Shown here piece by piece: positions 43,588 through 55,500 of a stretch of 64,000 nt of DNA. The translations under genes and the position numbers were made by a program. The notes beneath the pieces were generated by a model. It was given only the letters and a program-made list of their open reading frames with translations, was not told where the DNA came from and did not search any database. The stretch is from NCBI RefSeq assembly GCF_001677475.2, contig NZ_CP015229.1, one strand, 5' to 3'. Source of the stretch: Escherichia coli (GTDB taxonomy: Bacteria > Pseudomonadota > Gammaproteobacteria > Enterobacterales > Enterobacteriaceae). Numbering within the stretch: the first letter of the stretch is position 1; each line of letters starts with the position of its first letter.

Positions 43588-44877
43588 ATGGAAACGACTC
43601 AAACCAGCACGATTGCGTCGAAAGACTCTCGTAGTGCCTGGCGCAAGACAGACACCATGTGGATGCTGGGCCTTTACGGCACGGCAATCGGCGCGGGCGT
43701 GCTGTTCCTGCCAATCAACGCCGGTGTTGGCGGTATGATCCCGCTGATCATCATGGCTATCCTTGCGTTCCCGATGACATTTTTTGCACACCGCGGCCTG
43801 ACTCGCTTCGTACTGTCTGGTAAAAACCCAGGCGAAGACATCACCGAGGTTGTAGAAGAACACTTTGGTATTGGCGCAGGTAAACTGATTACCCTGCTCT
43901 ACTTCTTCGCTATCTACCCGATCCTGCTGGTTTATAGCGTGGCAATCACCAATACAGTTGAAAGCTTCATGTCTCACCAGCTGGGTATGACACCACCGCC
44001 GCGTGCGATTCTGTCGCTGATCCTGATCGTGGGTATGATGACCATCGTTCGCTTCGGTGAGCAGATGATCGTTAAAGCGATGAGTATTCTGGTATTCCCG
44101 TTTGTTGGCGTACTGATGCTGCTGGCTCTGTACCTGATCCCGCAGTGGAACGGCGCAGCACTGGAAACGCTGTCTCTGGACACTGCATCGGCAACCGGAA
44201 ACGGTCTGTGGATGACCCTGTGGCTGGCAATTCCGGTAATGGTGTTCTCGTTCAACCACTCTCCGATCATCTCTTCTTTCGCTGTTGCGAAGCGTGAAGA
44301 GTACGGCGATATGGCAGAACAGAAATGCTCGAAGATCCTGGCATTCGCACACATCATGATGGTGCTGACCGTAATGTTCTTCGTCTTCAGCTGCGTACTG
44401 AGCCTGACTCCGGCAGACCTGGCTGCGGCTAAAGAGCAGAACATCTCGATTCTGTCTTACCTGGCTAACCACTTTAACGCACCGGTTATCGCGTGGATGG
44501 CTCCGATTATCGCGATTATCGCTATCACCAAATCCTTCCTCGGCCACTACCTGGGCGCACGTGAAGGCTTCAACGGTATGGTGATTAAATCTCTGCGTGG
44601 TAAAGGTAAGTCTATCGAAATCAACAAGCTGAACCGTATCACTGCGCTGTTCATGCTGGTAACGACCTGGATTGTTGCCACCCTGAACCCGAGCATCCTG
44701 GGTATGATTGAAACCTTGGGCGGCCCAATCATCGCGATGATCCTGTTCCTGATGCCGATGTACGCAATCCAGAAAGTACCGGCAATGCGTAAGTACAGCG
44801 GTCACATCAGCAACGTATTCGTTGTCGTGATGGGTCTGATTGCAATCTCCGCAATCTTCTACTCTCTGTTCAGCTAA
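43588..44877 (+). CDS. sdaC: serine:H+ symporter
   Basis: 429-aa [49 protein letters not shown]...; GGAG RBS upstream. Confidence 0.96.
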   Translation: METTQTSTIASKDSRSAWRKTDTMWMLGLYGTAIGAGVLFLPINAGVGGMIPLIIMAILAFPMTFFAHRGLTRFVLSGKNPGEDITEVVEEHFGIGAGKLITLLYFFAIYPILLVYSVAITNTVESFMSHQLGMTPPPRAILSLILIVGMMTIVRFGEQMIVKAMSILVFPFVGVLMLLALYLIPQWNGAALETLSLDTASATGNGLWMTLWLAIPVMVFSFNHSPIISSFAVAKREEYGDMAEQKCSKILAFAHIMMVLTVMFFVFSCVLSLTPADLAAAKEQNISILSYLANHFNAPVIAWMAPIIAIIAITKSFLGHYLGAREGFNGMVIKSLRGKGKSIEINKLNRITALFMLVTTWIVATLNPSILGMIETLGGPIIAMILFLMPMYAIQKVPAMRKYSGHISNVFVVVMGLIAISAIFYSLFS

Positions 44878-44934
44878 GTCCTTTCGCGCCGCTTTCGGGC
44901 GGCGCTTCCTCCGTTTTAACGCGATGTATTTCCT

Positions 44935-46302
44935 ATGATTAGCGTATTCGATATTTTCAAAATCGGCATTGGCCCTTCCAGTTCTCATACCGTTGGACCA
45001 ATGAAAGCGGGTAAACAATTTACCGACGATCTGATTGCCCGTAACCTGCTTAAAGACGTGACCCGCGTGGTGGTTGATGTGTACGGCTCGCTCTCTCTGA
45101 CCGGTAAAGGCCACCACACTGATATCGCCATAATTATGGGTCTGGCGGGTAACCTGCCGGATACCGTGGATATCGATTCCATCCCTGGTTTTATTCAGGA
45201 TGTGAATACTCATGGTCGCCTGATGCTGGCAAACGGTCAGCATGAAGTGGAGTTCCCGGTTGATCAGTGCATGAACTTCCATGCCGACAACCTTTCTCTG
45301 CATGAAAACGGTATGCGCATTACCGCGCTGGCGGGCGATAAAGTCGTTTACAGCCAGACTTATTACTCTATCGGCGGTGGCTTTATTGTTGATGAAGAAC
45401 ATTTTGGTCAGCAGGATAGCGCACCGGTTGAAGTTCCTTATCCGTACAGTTCAGCAGCCGATCTGCAAAAACATTGTCAGGAAACCGGGCTGTCACTCTC
45501 TGGCCTGATGATGAAAAACGAGCTGGCGCTGCACAGCAAAGAAGAGCTGGAACAGCACCTGTCGAACGTCTGGGAAGTCATGCGTGGCGGTATTGAGCGC
45601 GGTATTTCTACCGAAGGCGTGTTGCCTGGCAAACTGCGCGTTCCGCGCCGTGCTGCGGCACTACGCCGGATGCTGGTCAGCCAGGATAAAACCACCACTG
45701 ACCCGATGGCGGTAGTTGACTGGATCAACATGTTTGCACTGGCAGTGAACGAAGAGAACGCTGCTGGCGGTCGCGTGGTGACTGCGCCGACTAACGGTGC
45801 GTGCGGGATTATCCCGGCTGTGCTGGCGTACTACGATAAGTTTATCCGCGAAGTGAACGCTAACTCTCTAGCTCGTTACCTGCTGGTAGCCAGCGCCATT
45901 GGTTCTCTTTATAAGATGAACGCGTCAATTTCTGGTGCCGAAGTGGGTTGCCAGGGTGAAGTTGGTGTGGCGTGCTCTATGGCGGCAGCTGGTCTGGCAG
46001 AACTGTTAGGCGCAAGCCCGGCGCAGGTGTGCATCGCAGCGGAGATCGCCATGGAGCACAACCTCGGTCTGACGTGTGACCCGGTCGCGGGGCAGGTTCA
46101 AGTGCCATGCATCGAGCGTAACGCCATTGCGGCAGTGAAAGCGGTGAATGCTGCACGTATGGCGCTGCGCCGTACCAGCGAGCCGCGCGTCTGCCTCGAT
46201 AAAGTTATCGAAACCATGTACGAAACAGGTAAAGATATGAACGCCAAGTACCGCGAAACCTCTCGCGGCGGCCTGGCAATGAAGATCGTTGCCTGCGATT
46301 AA
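44935..46302 (+). CDS. sdaB: L-serine deaminase II
   Basis: 455-aa ORF MISVFDIFKIGIGPSSSHTVGPMKAGKQF... Confidence 0.96.
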   Translation: MISVFDIFKIGIGPSSSHTVGPMKAGKQFTDDLIARNLLKDVTRVVVDVYGSLSLTGKGHHTDIAIIMGLAGNLPDTVDIDSIPGFIQDVNTHGRLMLANGQHEVEFPVDQCMNFHADNLSLHENGMRITALAGDKVVYSQTYYSIGGGFIVDEEHFGQQDSAPVEVPYPYSSAADLQKHCQETGLSLSGLMMKNELALHSKEELEQHLSNVWEVMRGGIERGISTEGVLPGKLRVPRRAAALRRMLVSQDKTTTDPMAVVDWINMFALAVNEENAAGGRVVTAPTNGACGIIPAVLAYYDKFIREVNANSLARYLLVASAIGSLYKMNASISGAEVGCQGEVGVACSMAAAGLAELLGASPAQVCIAAEIAMEHNLGLTCDPVAGQVQVPCIERNAIAAVKAVNAARMALRRTSEPRVCLDKVIETMYETGKDMNAKYRETSRGGLAMKIVACD

Positions 46303-47169
<867 letters not shown>

Positions 47170-47175
47170 CGGCGT

Positions 47176-47205
47176 GCCGGATACGGCGCAAACGTCGTAT
47201 CCGGC
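47176..47205. repeat. REP element between xni and fucO
   Basis: GCCGGATACGGCGCAAACGTCGTATCCGGC palindrome. Confidence 0.7.
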
Positions 47206-47223
47206 ATTATCACATCAGCGCAT

Positions 47224-48372
47224 TTACCAGGCTGTATGGTAAAGCTCTACAATATCCTCAAGCGTTGCTTCACGCGGGTTGCCACCGGTACAAACATCAT
47301 CCAGTGCCGCCTGCGCCAGTGCCGGAATATCTTCCTTGCGTACACCAACATCACGCAAATGTGGCGGAATACCGACATCACGGTTGAGAGCAAACACCGC
47401 TTCAACAGCGGCATTACGCGCCTCTTCCAGGCTCATACCTTCCACTTTCACGCCCATAACGCGCGCGATATCGCGGTACTTCTCACCGGTAAAGTCAGCG
47501 TTATAGCGCATGACATGCGGTAGCAGGATGGCGTTTGCAACACCGTGTGGAGTGTTATAAAACGCGCCCAATGGATGCGCCATACCATGCACCAACCCTA
47601 ACCCAACATTCGAGAAGCCCATACCCGCAACATACTGCCCGAGCGCCATTTCTTCTCCGGCATCCTTATCACCAGCAACCGATCCTCGCAGCGCCCCAGC
47701 AATGATTTCAATCGCTTTAATGTGCAGCGCATCGGTTAGCGCCCACGCGCCACGGGTAATATACCCCTCAATAGCATGAGTGAGCGCATCGACACCCGTC
47801 GCGGCTTTCAGCGCTGGAGGCATACCATCCATCATGTCAGCGTCAATAAACGCCACCTGCGGGATATCATGCGGATCAACGCAAACAAACTTGCGCCGTT
47901 TCTCTTCGTCAGTGATCACGTAGTTAATGGTCACTTCTGCCGCAGTGCCTGCTGTGGTGGGGATTGCCAGAATCGGTACACTGGGTTTATTGGTCGGGGA
48001 AAGCCCTTCCAGGCTACGCACATCGGCAAACTCCGGGTTGTTGCTGATAATGCCAATCGCTTTACAAGTATCCTGTGGAGAACCACCACCAATAGCGATC
48101 AGGTAATCCGCGCCGCTATTCTGGAATACACCGAGCCCTTCTTTGACGACAGTAATTGTTGGGTTGGGCACTACGCCGTCGTAAATCGCCCATGCCAGCC
48201 CTTCAGCATCCATCTTATCGGTCACTTTCGCCACCACGCCGCATTGCACCAGCGTTTTATCGGTGACGATCAGCGCCTTCTGATAACCACGGCGTTTCAC
48301 CTCATCGGTTAAAGCCCCAACAGCACCCCGACCAAACCATGCCGTTTCGTTCAGAATCATTCTGTTAGCCAT
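47224..48372 (-). CDS. fucO: L-1,2-propanediol oxidoreductase (lactaldehyde reductase)
   Basis: 382-aa frame MANRMILNETAWFGRGAVGALTDEVKRRGYQKALIVTDK...; AGGAG 7 nt upstream of the second ATG. Confidence 0.95.
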   Translation of the reverse strand: MANRMILNETAWFGRGAVGALTDEVKRRGYQKALIVTDKTLVQCGVVAKVTDKMDAEGLAWAIYDGVVPNPTITVVKEGLGVFQNSGADYLIAIGGGSPQDTCKAIGIISNNPEFADVRSLEGLSPTNKPSVPILAIPTTAGTAAEVTINYVITDEEKRRKFVCVDPHDIPQVAFIDADMMDGMPPALKAATGVDALTHAIEGYITRGAWALTDALHIKAIEIIAGALRGSVAGDKDAGEEMALGQYVAGMGFSNVGLGLVHGMAHPLGAFYNTPHGVANAILLPHVMRYNADFTGEKYRDIARVMGVKVEGMSLEEARNAAVEAVFALNRDVGIPPHLRDVGVRKEDIPALAQAALDDVCTGGNPREATLEDIVELYHTAW

Positions 48373-48399
48373 CATCCTTCTCCTTGTTGCTTTACGAAA

Positions 48400-49047
48400 T
48401 TACTCTTCAATCCGTAACCCATAGGTTTTGAATTTCTCCAGCACTACGGCAATCTCTTCATCGCTCAGCACTGGCACCGGGTCCGTAATCGCCAGGGTCG
48501 TCAGGTAAAGTTGCGCCAGCACTTCAACTTCATGCGCCAGCCATAACGCTTTTTCCAGATTAACCTCACAAGCGATAAGCCCATGATGTTGTAACAAAGT
48601 TGCCTTACGATTTTTGAGAGCCAGCGCAACATGTTCAGAAAGTTCGCGTGTTCCAAAGGTCGCATAAGGCGCGCAAGGAATAGAATTACCGCCAGCCGCC
48701 GCAATCATGTAGTGAATAGCGGGGATCGGTCGGTTAAGAATGGAAACTGCCGTGCAATGAACGGCATGATTGTGAACAACCGCGTTGGCATCTGGTCTGC
48801 TTTGATAGGCCGCCATATGGAAACGCCACTCGCTTGAGGGGAGCTTTCCTTCCTCATGTTTACCGTTGCCATCAATAAAGACAATATGCGACTCCGTCAG
48901 TTTTTCATATGGAATGCCTGTAGGCGTAATCAGCATCCCATCCTGATAACGTACACTGACGTTACCCGCTGTCCCCTGGTTCAGTCCCAGGCGGGTCATT
49001 TCCAGGCAAGTGTCAATAATCTGACGAGCAAGTTTATTTCGTTCCAT
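48400..49047 (-). CDS. fucA: L-fuculose-phosphate aldolase
   Basis: 215-aa ORF MERNKLARQIIDTCLEMTRLGLNQGTAGNVSVRY... Confidence 0.96.
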   Translation of the reverse strand: MERNKLARQIIDTCLEMTRLGLNQGTAGNVSVRYQDGMLITPTGIPYEKLTESHIVFIDGNGKHEEGKLPSSEWRFHMAAYQSRPDANAVVHNHAVHCTAVSILNRPIPAIHYMIAAAGGNSIPCAPYATFGTRELSEHVALALKNRKATLLQHHGLIACEVNLEKALWLAHEVEVLAQLYLTTLAITDPVPVLSDEEIAVVLEKFKTYGLRIEE

Positions 49048-49593
49048 TAGCTACCTCTCTCTGATTCAAAACAGGGCAATAATGTTGTTCCTTTCACACT
49101 ATTGAATTAGCCGTTTAATTACCCACCATCTTCTTCCTGATTAACAAGAAAGAAATTTACAAGCTTATATTTTGTGACCTGGTTCAACTAATCACAGTAA
49201 ATAACTGCAAGTTCTCTTTTTATAACCCAATTAAAAATGACCGCTCTTAAAAATATTTATCAAAACGGTCATTTTTCTATTCACCCAAGCCAGGAATGCC
49301 CGTTTTCGGCATAAACAATTAATACGGTCATCGGGTTTGTGTTTTTTATGATTTATTTTCTGAAACGGGCATGAAATTTCGATTATTAAAGTGATGGTAG
49401 TCACATAAAGTCACCTCCCAGCTAATAAGTGTGACCGCCGTCATATTACAGAGCGTTTTTTATTTGAAAATGAATCCATGAGTTCATTTCTGACAGGCAA
49501 ATATTCACTGATATGAAGCCCGAACTCGCTGGTTTTGCACTTTTGAAAACATAACCGATTACGTGCTTAAGCTTCTGAACCTAAGAGGATGCT
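49048..49593. promoter_or_regulatory. Divergent fucAO / fucPIKUR control region
   Basis: 546-bp AT-rich intergenic region between divergent operons; contains inverted repeat AAAAATGACCG (49233-49243) / CGGTCATTTTT (49266-49276). Specific FucR/CRP sites not assigned. Confidence 0.55.
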
Positions 49594-50910
49594 ATGGGAA
49601 ACACATCAATACAAACGCAGAGTTACCGTGCGGTAGATAAAGATGCAGGGCAAAGCAGAAGTTACATTATTCCATTCGCGCTGCTGTGCTCACTGTTTTT
49701 TCTTTGGGCGGTAGCCAATAACCTTAACGACATTTTATTACCTCAATTCCAGCAGGCTTTTACGCTGACAAATTTCCAGGCTGGCCTGATCCAATCGGCC
49801 TTTTACTTTGGTTATTTCATTATCCCAATCCCTGCCGGGATATTGATGAAAAAACTCAGTTATAAAGCAGGGATTATTACCGGATTATTTTTATATGCCT
49901 TGGGCGCTGCATTATTCTGGCCCGCTGCAGAAATAATGAACTACACCTTATTTTTAGTTGGCCTATTTATTATTGCAGCCGGATTAGGTTGTCTGGAAAC
50001 TGCCGCAAACCCTTTTGTTACGGTATTAGGGCCGGAAAGCAGTGGTCACTTCCGCTTAAATCTTGCGCAAACATTTAACTCGTTTGGCGCAATTATCGCG
50101 GTTGTCTTTGGACAAAGTCTTATTTTGTCTAACGTGCCACATCAATCGCAAGACGTTCTCGATAAAATGTCTCCAGAGCAATTGAGTGCGTATAAACACA
50201 GCCTGGTATTATCGGTACAGACACCTTATATGATCATCGTGGCTATCGTGTTACTGGTCGCCCTGCTGATCATGCTGACGAAATTCCCAGCATTGCAGAG
50301 TGATAATCACAGTGACGCCAAACAAGGATCGTTCTCCGCATCGCTTTCTCGCCTGGCGCGTATTCGTCACTGGCGCTGGGCGGTATTAGCGCAATTCTGC
50401 TATGTCGGCGCACAAACGGCCTGCTGGAGCTATTTGATTCGCTACGCTGTAGAAGAAATTCCAGGTATGACTGCAGGCTTTGCCGCTAACTATTTAACCG
50501 GAACCATGGTGTGCTTCTTTATTGGTCGTTTCACCGGTACCTGGCTCATCAGTCGCTTCGCACCACACAAAGTCCTGGCCGCCTACGCATTAATCGCTAT
50601 GGCACTGTGCCTGATCTCAGCCTTCGCTGGCGGTCATGTGGGCTTAATAGCCCTGACTTTATGCAGCGCCTTTATGTCGATTCAGTACCCAACAATCTTC
50701 TCGCTGGGCATTAAGAATCTCGGCCAGGACACCAAATACGGTTCGTCCTTCATCGTTATGACCATCATTGGCGGCGGTATTGTCACTCCGGTCATGGGTT
50801 TTGTCAGTGACGCGGCGGGCAACATCCCCACTGCTGAACTGATCCCCGCACTCTGCTTCGCGGTCATCTTTATCTTTGCCCGTTTCCGTTCTCAAACGGC
50901 AACTAACTGA
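49594..50910 (+). CDS. fucP: L-fucose:H+ symporter
   Basis: 438-aa ORF MGNTSIQTQSYRAVDKDAGQSRSYIIPFALLCSLFFLWAVANNLNDILLPQFQQAF... Confidence 0.96.
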   Translation: MGNTSIQTQSYRAVDKDAGQSRSYIIPFALLCSLFFLWAVANNLNDILLPQFQQAFTLTNFQAGLIQSAFYFGYFIIPIPAGILMKKLSYKAGIITGLFLYALGAALFWPAAEIMNYTLFLVGLFIIAAGLGCLETAANPFVTVLGPESSGHFRLNLAQTFNSFGAIIAVVFGQSLILSNVPHQSQDVLDKMSPEQLSAYKHSLVLSVQTPYMIIVAIVLLVALLIMLTKFPALQSDNHSDAKQGSFSASLSRLARIRHWRWAVLAQFCYVGAQTACWSYLIRYAVEEIPGMTAGFAANYLTGTMVCFFIGRFTGTWLISRFAPHKVLAAYALIAMALCLISAFAGGHVGLIALTLCSAFMSIQYPTIFSLGIKNLGQDTKYGSSFIVMTIIGGGIVTPVMGFVSDAAGNIPTAELIPALCFAVIFIFARFRSQTATN

Positions 50911-50942
50911 ACATATTTTCCGAATAAAGTGAGGAATCTGTA

Positions 50943-52718
50943 ATGAAAAAAATCAGCTTACCGAAAATTGGTATCCGCCCGGTTATTGACGGTCGTCGCA
51001 TGGGTGTTCGTGAGTCGCTTGAAGAACAAACAATGAATATGGCGAAAGCTACGGCCGCACTGCTGACCGAGAAACTGCGCCATGCCTGCGGAGCTGCCGT
51101 CGAGTGTGTCATTTCCGATACCTGTATCGCGGGTATGGCTGAAGCCGCTGCTTGCGAAGAAAAATTCAGCAGTCAGAATGTAGGCCTCACCATTACGGTA
51201 ACCCCTTGCTGGTGCTATGGCAGTGAAACCATCGACATGGATCCAACCCGCCCGAAAGCCATTTGGGGCTTTAACGGCACTGAACGCCCCGGTGCTGTTT
51301 ACCTGGCAGCGGCTCTGGCAGCTCACAGCCAGAAAGGCATCCCGGCATTCTCCATTTACGGTCATGACGTTCAGGATGCCGATGACACATCGATTCCTGC
51401 CGATGTTGAAGAAAAACTGCTGCGCTTTGCCCGCGCCGGTTTGGCCGTCGCCAGCATGAAAGGTAAAAGCTATCTGTCGCTGGGCGGCGTTTCGATGGGT
51501 ATCGCCGGTTCCATTGTTGATCACAACTTCTTTGAATCCTGGCTGGGAATGAAAGTCCAGGCGGTGGATATGACCGAACTGCGTCGCCGTATCGATCAGA
51601 AGATTTACGACGAAGCCGAACTGGAAATGGCGCTGGCCTGGGCTGATAAAAACTTCCGCTATGGCGAAGATGAAAATAACAAACAGTATCAACGCAATGC
51701 CGAGCAAAGCCGCGCAGTTCTGCGAGAAAGTTTACTGATGGCGATGTGTATCCGCGACATGATGCAAGGCAACAGCAAACTGGCCGATATTGGTCGCGTG
51801 GAAGAATCACTTGGCTACAACGCCATCGCTGCGGGCTTCCAGGGACAACGTCACTGGACCGATCAATATCCCAATGGCGACACCGCCGAAGCGATCCTTA
51901 ACAGTTCATTTGACTGGAATGGCGTGCGTGAACCCTTCGTCGTGGCGACCGAAAACGACAGTCTTAACGGCGTGGCAATGCTAATGGGCCACCAGCTCAC
52001 CGGTACCGCTCAGGTATTTGCCGATGTGCGTACCTACTGGTCACCAGAAGCAATTGAACGTGTAACGGGGCATAAACTGGATGGACTGGCAGAACACGGC
52101 ATCATCCATTTGATCAACTCCGGTTCTGCTGCGTTGGACGGTTCCTGTAAACAACGCGACAGCGAAGGTAACCCGACGATGAAGCCACACTGGGAAATCT
52201 CTCAGCAAGAGGCTGACGCTTGCCTCGCCGCTACCGAATGGTGCCCGGCGATCCACGAATACTTCCGTGGCGGCGGTTACTCTTCTCGCTTCCTTACCGA
52301 AGGCGGCGTCCCGTTCACTATGACTCGTGTCAACATCATCAAAGGCCTGGGACCGGTACTGCAAATCGCGGAAGGCTGGAGTGTTGAGTTACCGAAGGAT
52401 GTGCATGACATCCTCAACAAACGCACCAACTCAACCTGGCCAACCACCTGGTTTGCACCACGTCTCACCGGTAAAGGGCCGTTTACGGATGTGTACTCGG
52501 TAATGGCGAACTGGGGCGCTAACCACGGGGTTCTGACCATCGGCCACGTTGGCGCAGACTTTATCACTCTCGCCTCCATGCTGCGTATCCCGGTATGTAT
52601 GCACAACGTTGAAGAGACCAAAGTGTATCGTCCTTCTGCCTGGGCCGCGCACGGCATGGATATTGAAGGCCAGGATTATCGCGCTTGCCAGAACTACGGC
52701 CCGTTGTACAAGCGTTAA
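50943..52718 (+). CDS. fucI: L-fucose isomerase
   Basis: 591-aa [39 protein letters not shown]... Confidence 0.97.
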   Translation: MKKISLPKIGIRPVIDGRRMGVRESLEEQTMNMAKATAALLTEKLRHACGAAVECVISDTCIAGMAEAAACEEKFSSQNVGLTITVTPCWCYGSETIDMDPTRPKAIWGFNGTERPGAVYLAAALAAHSQKGIPAFSIYGHDVQDADDTSIPADVEEKLLRFARAGLAVASMKGKSYLSLGGVSMGIAGSIVDHNFFESWLGMKVQAVDMTELRRRIDQKIYDEAELEMALAWADKNFRYGEDENNKQYQRNAEQSRAVLRESLLMAMCIRDMMQGNSKLADIGRVEESLGYNAIAAGFQGQRHWTDQYPNGDTAEAILNSSFDWNGVREPFVVATENDSLNGVAMLMGHQLTGTAQVFADVRTYWSPEAIERVTGHKLDGLAEHGIIHLINSGSAALDGSCKQRDSEGNPTMKPHWEISQQEADACLAATEWCPAIHEYFRGGGYSSRFLTEGGVPFTMTRVNIIKGLGPVLQIAEGWSVELPKDVHDILNKRTNSTWPTTWFAPRLTGKGPFTDVYSVMANWGANHGVLTIGHVGADFITLASMLRIPVCMHNVEETKVYRPSAWAAHGMDIEGQDYRACQNYGPLYKR

Positions 52719-52826
52719 TACATTACTCCCTGATGTGATGCCCGGTCGCTCCGGCTATCGGGCCTGAACAAGCAAGAGTGGTTAGCCGGATAAGCAATGT
52801 TATCCGGCTATATTGCAGGAGCGATT

Positions 52827-54245
52827 ATGAAACAAGAAGTTATCCTGGTACTCGACTGTGGCGCGACCAATGTCAGGGCCATCGCGGTTAATCGGCAGGG
52901 AAAAATTGTTGCCCGCGCCTCAACGCCTAATGCCAGCGATATCGCGATGGAAAACAACACCTGGCACCAGTGGTCTTTAGACGCCATTTTGCAACGCTTT
53001 GCTGATTGCTGTCGGCAAATCAATAGTGAACTGACTGATTGCCACATCCGCGGTATCGCCGTCACCACCTTTGGTGTGGATGGCGCTCTGGTAGATAAGC
53101 AAGGCAATCTGCTCTATCCGATCATTAGCTGGAAATGTCCGCGAACAGCAGCGGTAATGGACAATATTGAACGGTTGATCTCCGCACAGCAGTTGCAGAC
53201 TATTTCTGGTGTCGGAGCCTTTAGTTTCAATACGTTATATAAATTGGTGTGGTTGAAAGAAAATTATCCACAACTGCTGGAACGCGCGCACGCCTGGCTC
53301 TTTATTTCGTCGCTGATTAACCACCGTTTAACCGGCGAATTCACTACTGATATCACGATGGCCGGAACCAGCCAGATGCTGGATATCCAGCAACGCGATT
53401 TCAGTCCGCAAATTTTACACGCCACCGGTATTCCACGCCGACTCTTCCCTCGTCTGGTGGAAGCGGGTGAACAGATTGGTACGTTACAGAACAGCGCCGC
53501 AGCAATGCTCGGCTTACCCGTTGGCATACCGGTGATTTCCGCAGGTCACGATACCCAGTTCGCCCTTTTTGGCGCTGGTGCCGAACAAAATGAACCCGTG
53601 CTCTCTTCCGGTACATGGGAAATTTTAATGGTCCGTAGCGCCCAGGTTGATACTTCGCTGTTAAGTCAGTACGCCGGTTCTACCTGCGAGCTGGATAGCC
53701 AGGCAGGGTTGTATAACCCAGGTATGCAATGGCTGGCATCCGGCGTGCTGGAATGGGTGAGAAAACTGTTCTGGACGGCTGAAACTCCCTGGCAAATATT
53801 GATTGAAGAAGCTCGCCTGATCGCGCCTGGCGCAGATGGAGTGAAAATGCAGTGTGATTTATTGTCGTGCCAGAACGCTGGCTGGCAAGGAGTGACGCTT
53901 AATACCACGCGGGGGCATTTCTATCGCGCGGCGCTGGAAGGGTTAACCACGCAATTACAGCGCAATCTACAGATGCTGGAAAAAATCGGGCACTTTAAAG
54001 CCTCTGAATTATTGTTAGTCGGCGGAGGAAGTCGCAACACATTGTGGAATCAGATTAAAGCCAATATGCTTGATATTCCGGTAAAAGTTCTCGACGATGC
54101 CGAAACGACCGTCGCAGGAGCTGCGCTGTTCGGTTGGTATGGCGTAGGGGAATTTAACAGCCCGGAAGAAGCCCGCGCGCAGATTCATTATCAGTACCGT
54201 TATTTCTACCCGCAAACTGAACCTGAATTTATAGAGGAAGTGTGA
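52827..54245 (+). CDS. fucK: L-fuculokinase (FGGY family)
   Basis: Frame shared with ORF-track entry 52797..54245; I place the start at ATG 52827 ([17 protein letters not shown]...) because AGGAG sits 5 nt upstream, whereas ATG 52797 has no RBS and lies in the loop of a 10-bp palindrome. The 52797 start remains possible. Confidence 0.9.
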
Positions 54246-54246
54246 A

Positions 54247-54660
54247 ATGCTGAAAACAATTTCGCCGTTAATTTCTCCCGAACTATTGAAAGTGCTGGCA
54301 GAGATGGGGCATGGAGATGAAATTATTTTTTCCGATGCTCACTTTCCCGCCCATTCGATGGGACCGCAGGTGATCCGCGCTGATGGCCTGTTGGTGAGCG
54401 ACTTGCTCCAGGCGATTATCCCGTTATTTGAGCTGGACAGTTATGCACCACCGCTGGTGATGATGGCGGCGGTAGAAGGTGACACTCTCGATCCTGAAGT
54501 AGAACGACGTTATCGTAATGCGCTTTCACTACAAGCCCCCTGTCCTGACATCATCCGCATCAATCGTTTTGCGTTTTATGAACGGGCGCAAAAAGCCTTT
54601 GCGATCGTTATCACAGGCGAACGAGCGAAGTACGGGAATATTCTTTTAAAAAAGGGGTAA
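54247..54660 (+). CDS. fucU: L-fucose mutarotase
   Basis: 137-aa [45 protein letters not shown]... ending ...ILLKKG. Confidence 0.9.
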
Positions 54661-54725
54661 CACCGTAATCTCATACCGGTACGCCCGCATGACGCGGGCG
54701 GTTATCGAATGATGGGGTGAAAAAT

Positions 54726-55457
54726 ATGAAAGCGGCACGCCAGCAAGCGATAGTCGACCTGCTGCTGAACCATACCAGCCTGACCACGGAAGCTCTCTCT
54801 GAACAGCTAAAGGTCAGTAAAGAAACCATTCGTCGCGATCTCAATGAATTACAGACGCAGGGTAAAATTCTGCGCAATCATGGGCGCGCTAAATATATCC
54901 ACCGTCAAAATCAAGACAGTGGCGATCCCTTTCACATCCGGCTGAAAAGCCATTATGCGCATAAAGCAGATATCGCGCGCGAGGCGCTCGCGTGGATTGA
55001 AGAAGGGATGGTAATAGCCTTAGACGCAAGTTCAACCTGCTGGTATCTGGCACGCCAGTTGCCTGACATCAACATCCAGGTCTTCACCAATAGCCATCCG
55101 ATTTGCCATGAACTCGGTAAACGCGAACGCATTCAACTGATCAGTTCCGGCGGCACACTTGAGCGCAAATATGGTTGTTACGTCAATCCCTCTCTGATTT
55201 CCCAGCTTAAATCGCTGGAAATCGATCTGTTTATTTTTTCTTGTGAAGGGATCGATAGCAGCGGCGCACTGTGGGACTCCAATGCGATCAACGCTGATTA
55301 CAAATCAATGCTATTAAAACGTGCCGCGCAATCGTTGTTATTGATTGATAAAAGTAAATTTAATCGTTCAGGGGAAGCCCGCATCGGGCATCTGGATGAG
55401 GTCACGCACATTATTTCTGATGAGCGCCAGGTTGCGGCTTCTTTGGTAACAGCCTGA
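54726..55457 (+). CDS. fucR: DeoR-family transcriptional activator of the fuc regulon
   Basis: 243-aa frame MKAARQQAIVDLLLNHTSLTTEALSEQLKVSKETIRRDLNEL...; ORF-track start 54717 is a GTG extension. Confidence 0.94.
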   Translation: MKAARQQAIVDLLLNHTSLTTEALSEQLKVSKETIRRDLNELQTQGKILRNHGRAKYIHRQNQDSGDPFHIRLKSHYAHKADIAREALAWIEEGMVIALDASSTCWYLARQLPDINIQVFTNSHPICHELGKRERIQLISSGGTLERKYGCYVNPSLISQLKSLEIDLFIFSCEGIDSSGALWDSNAINADYKSMLLKRAAQSLLLIDKSKFNRSGEARIGHLDEVTHIISDERQVAASLVTA

Positions 55458-55500
55458 CGGAAAGGATAGCAGGCCGGAGACGACGCCCCGGCCTTGCCTG

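Noticed and set aside
43561-45402. 613-aa minus-strand ORF antisense to sdaC and sdaB
   Set aside because: Fully overlaps two well-recognised sense genes and spans their intergenic gap; His/Arg/Gln-rich low-complexity composition typical of antisense frames; no RBS.
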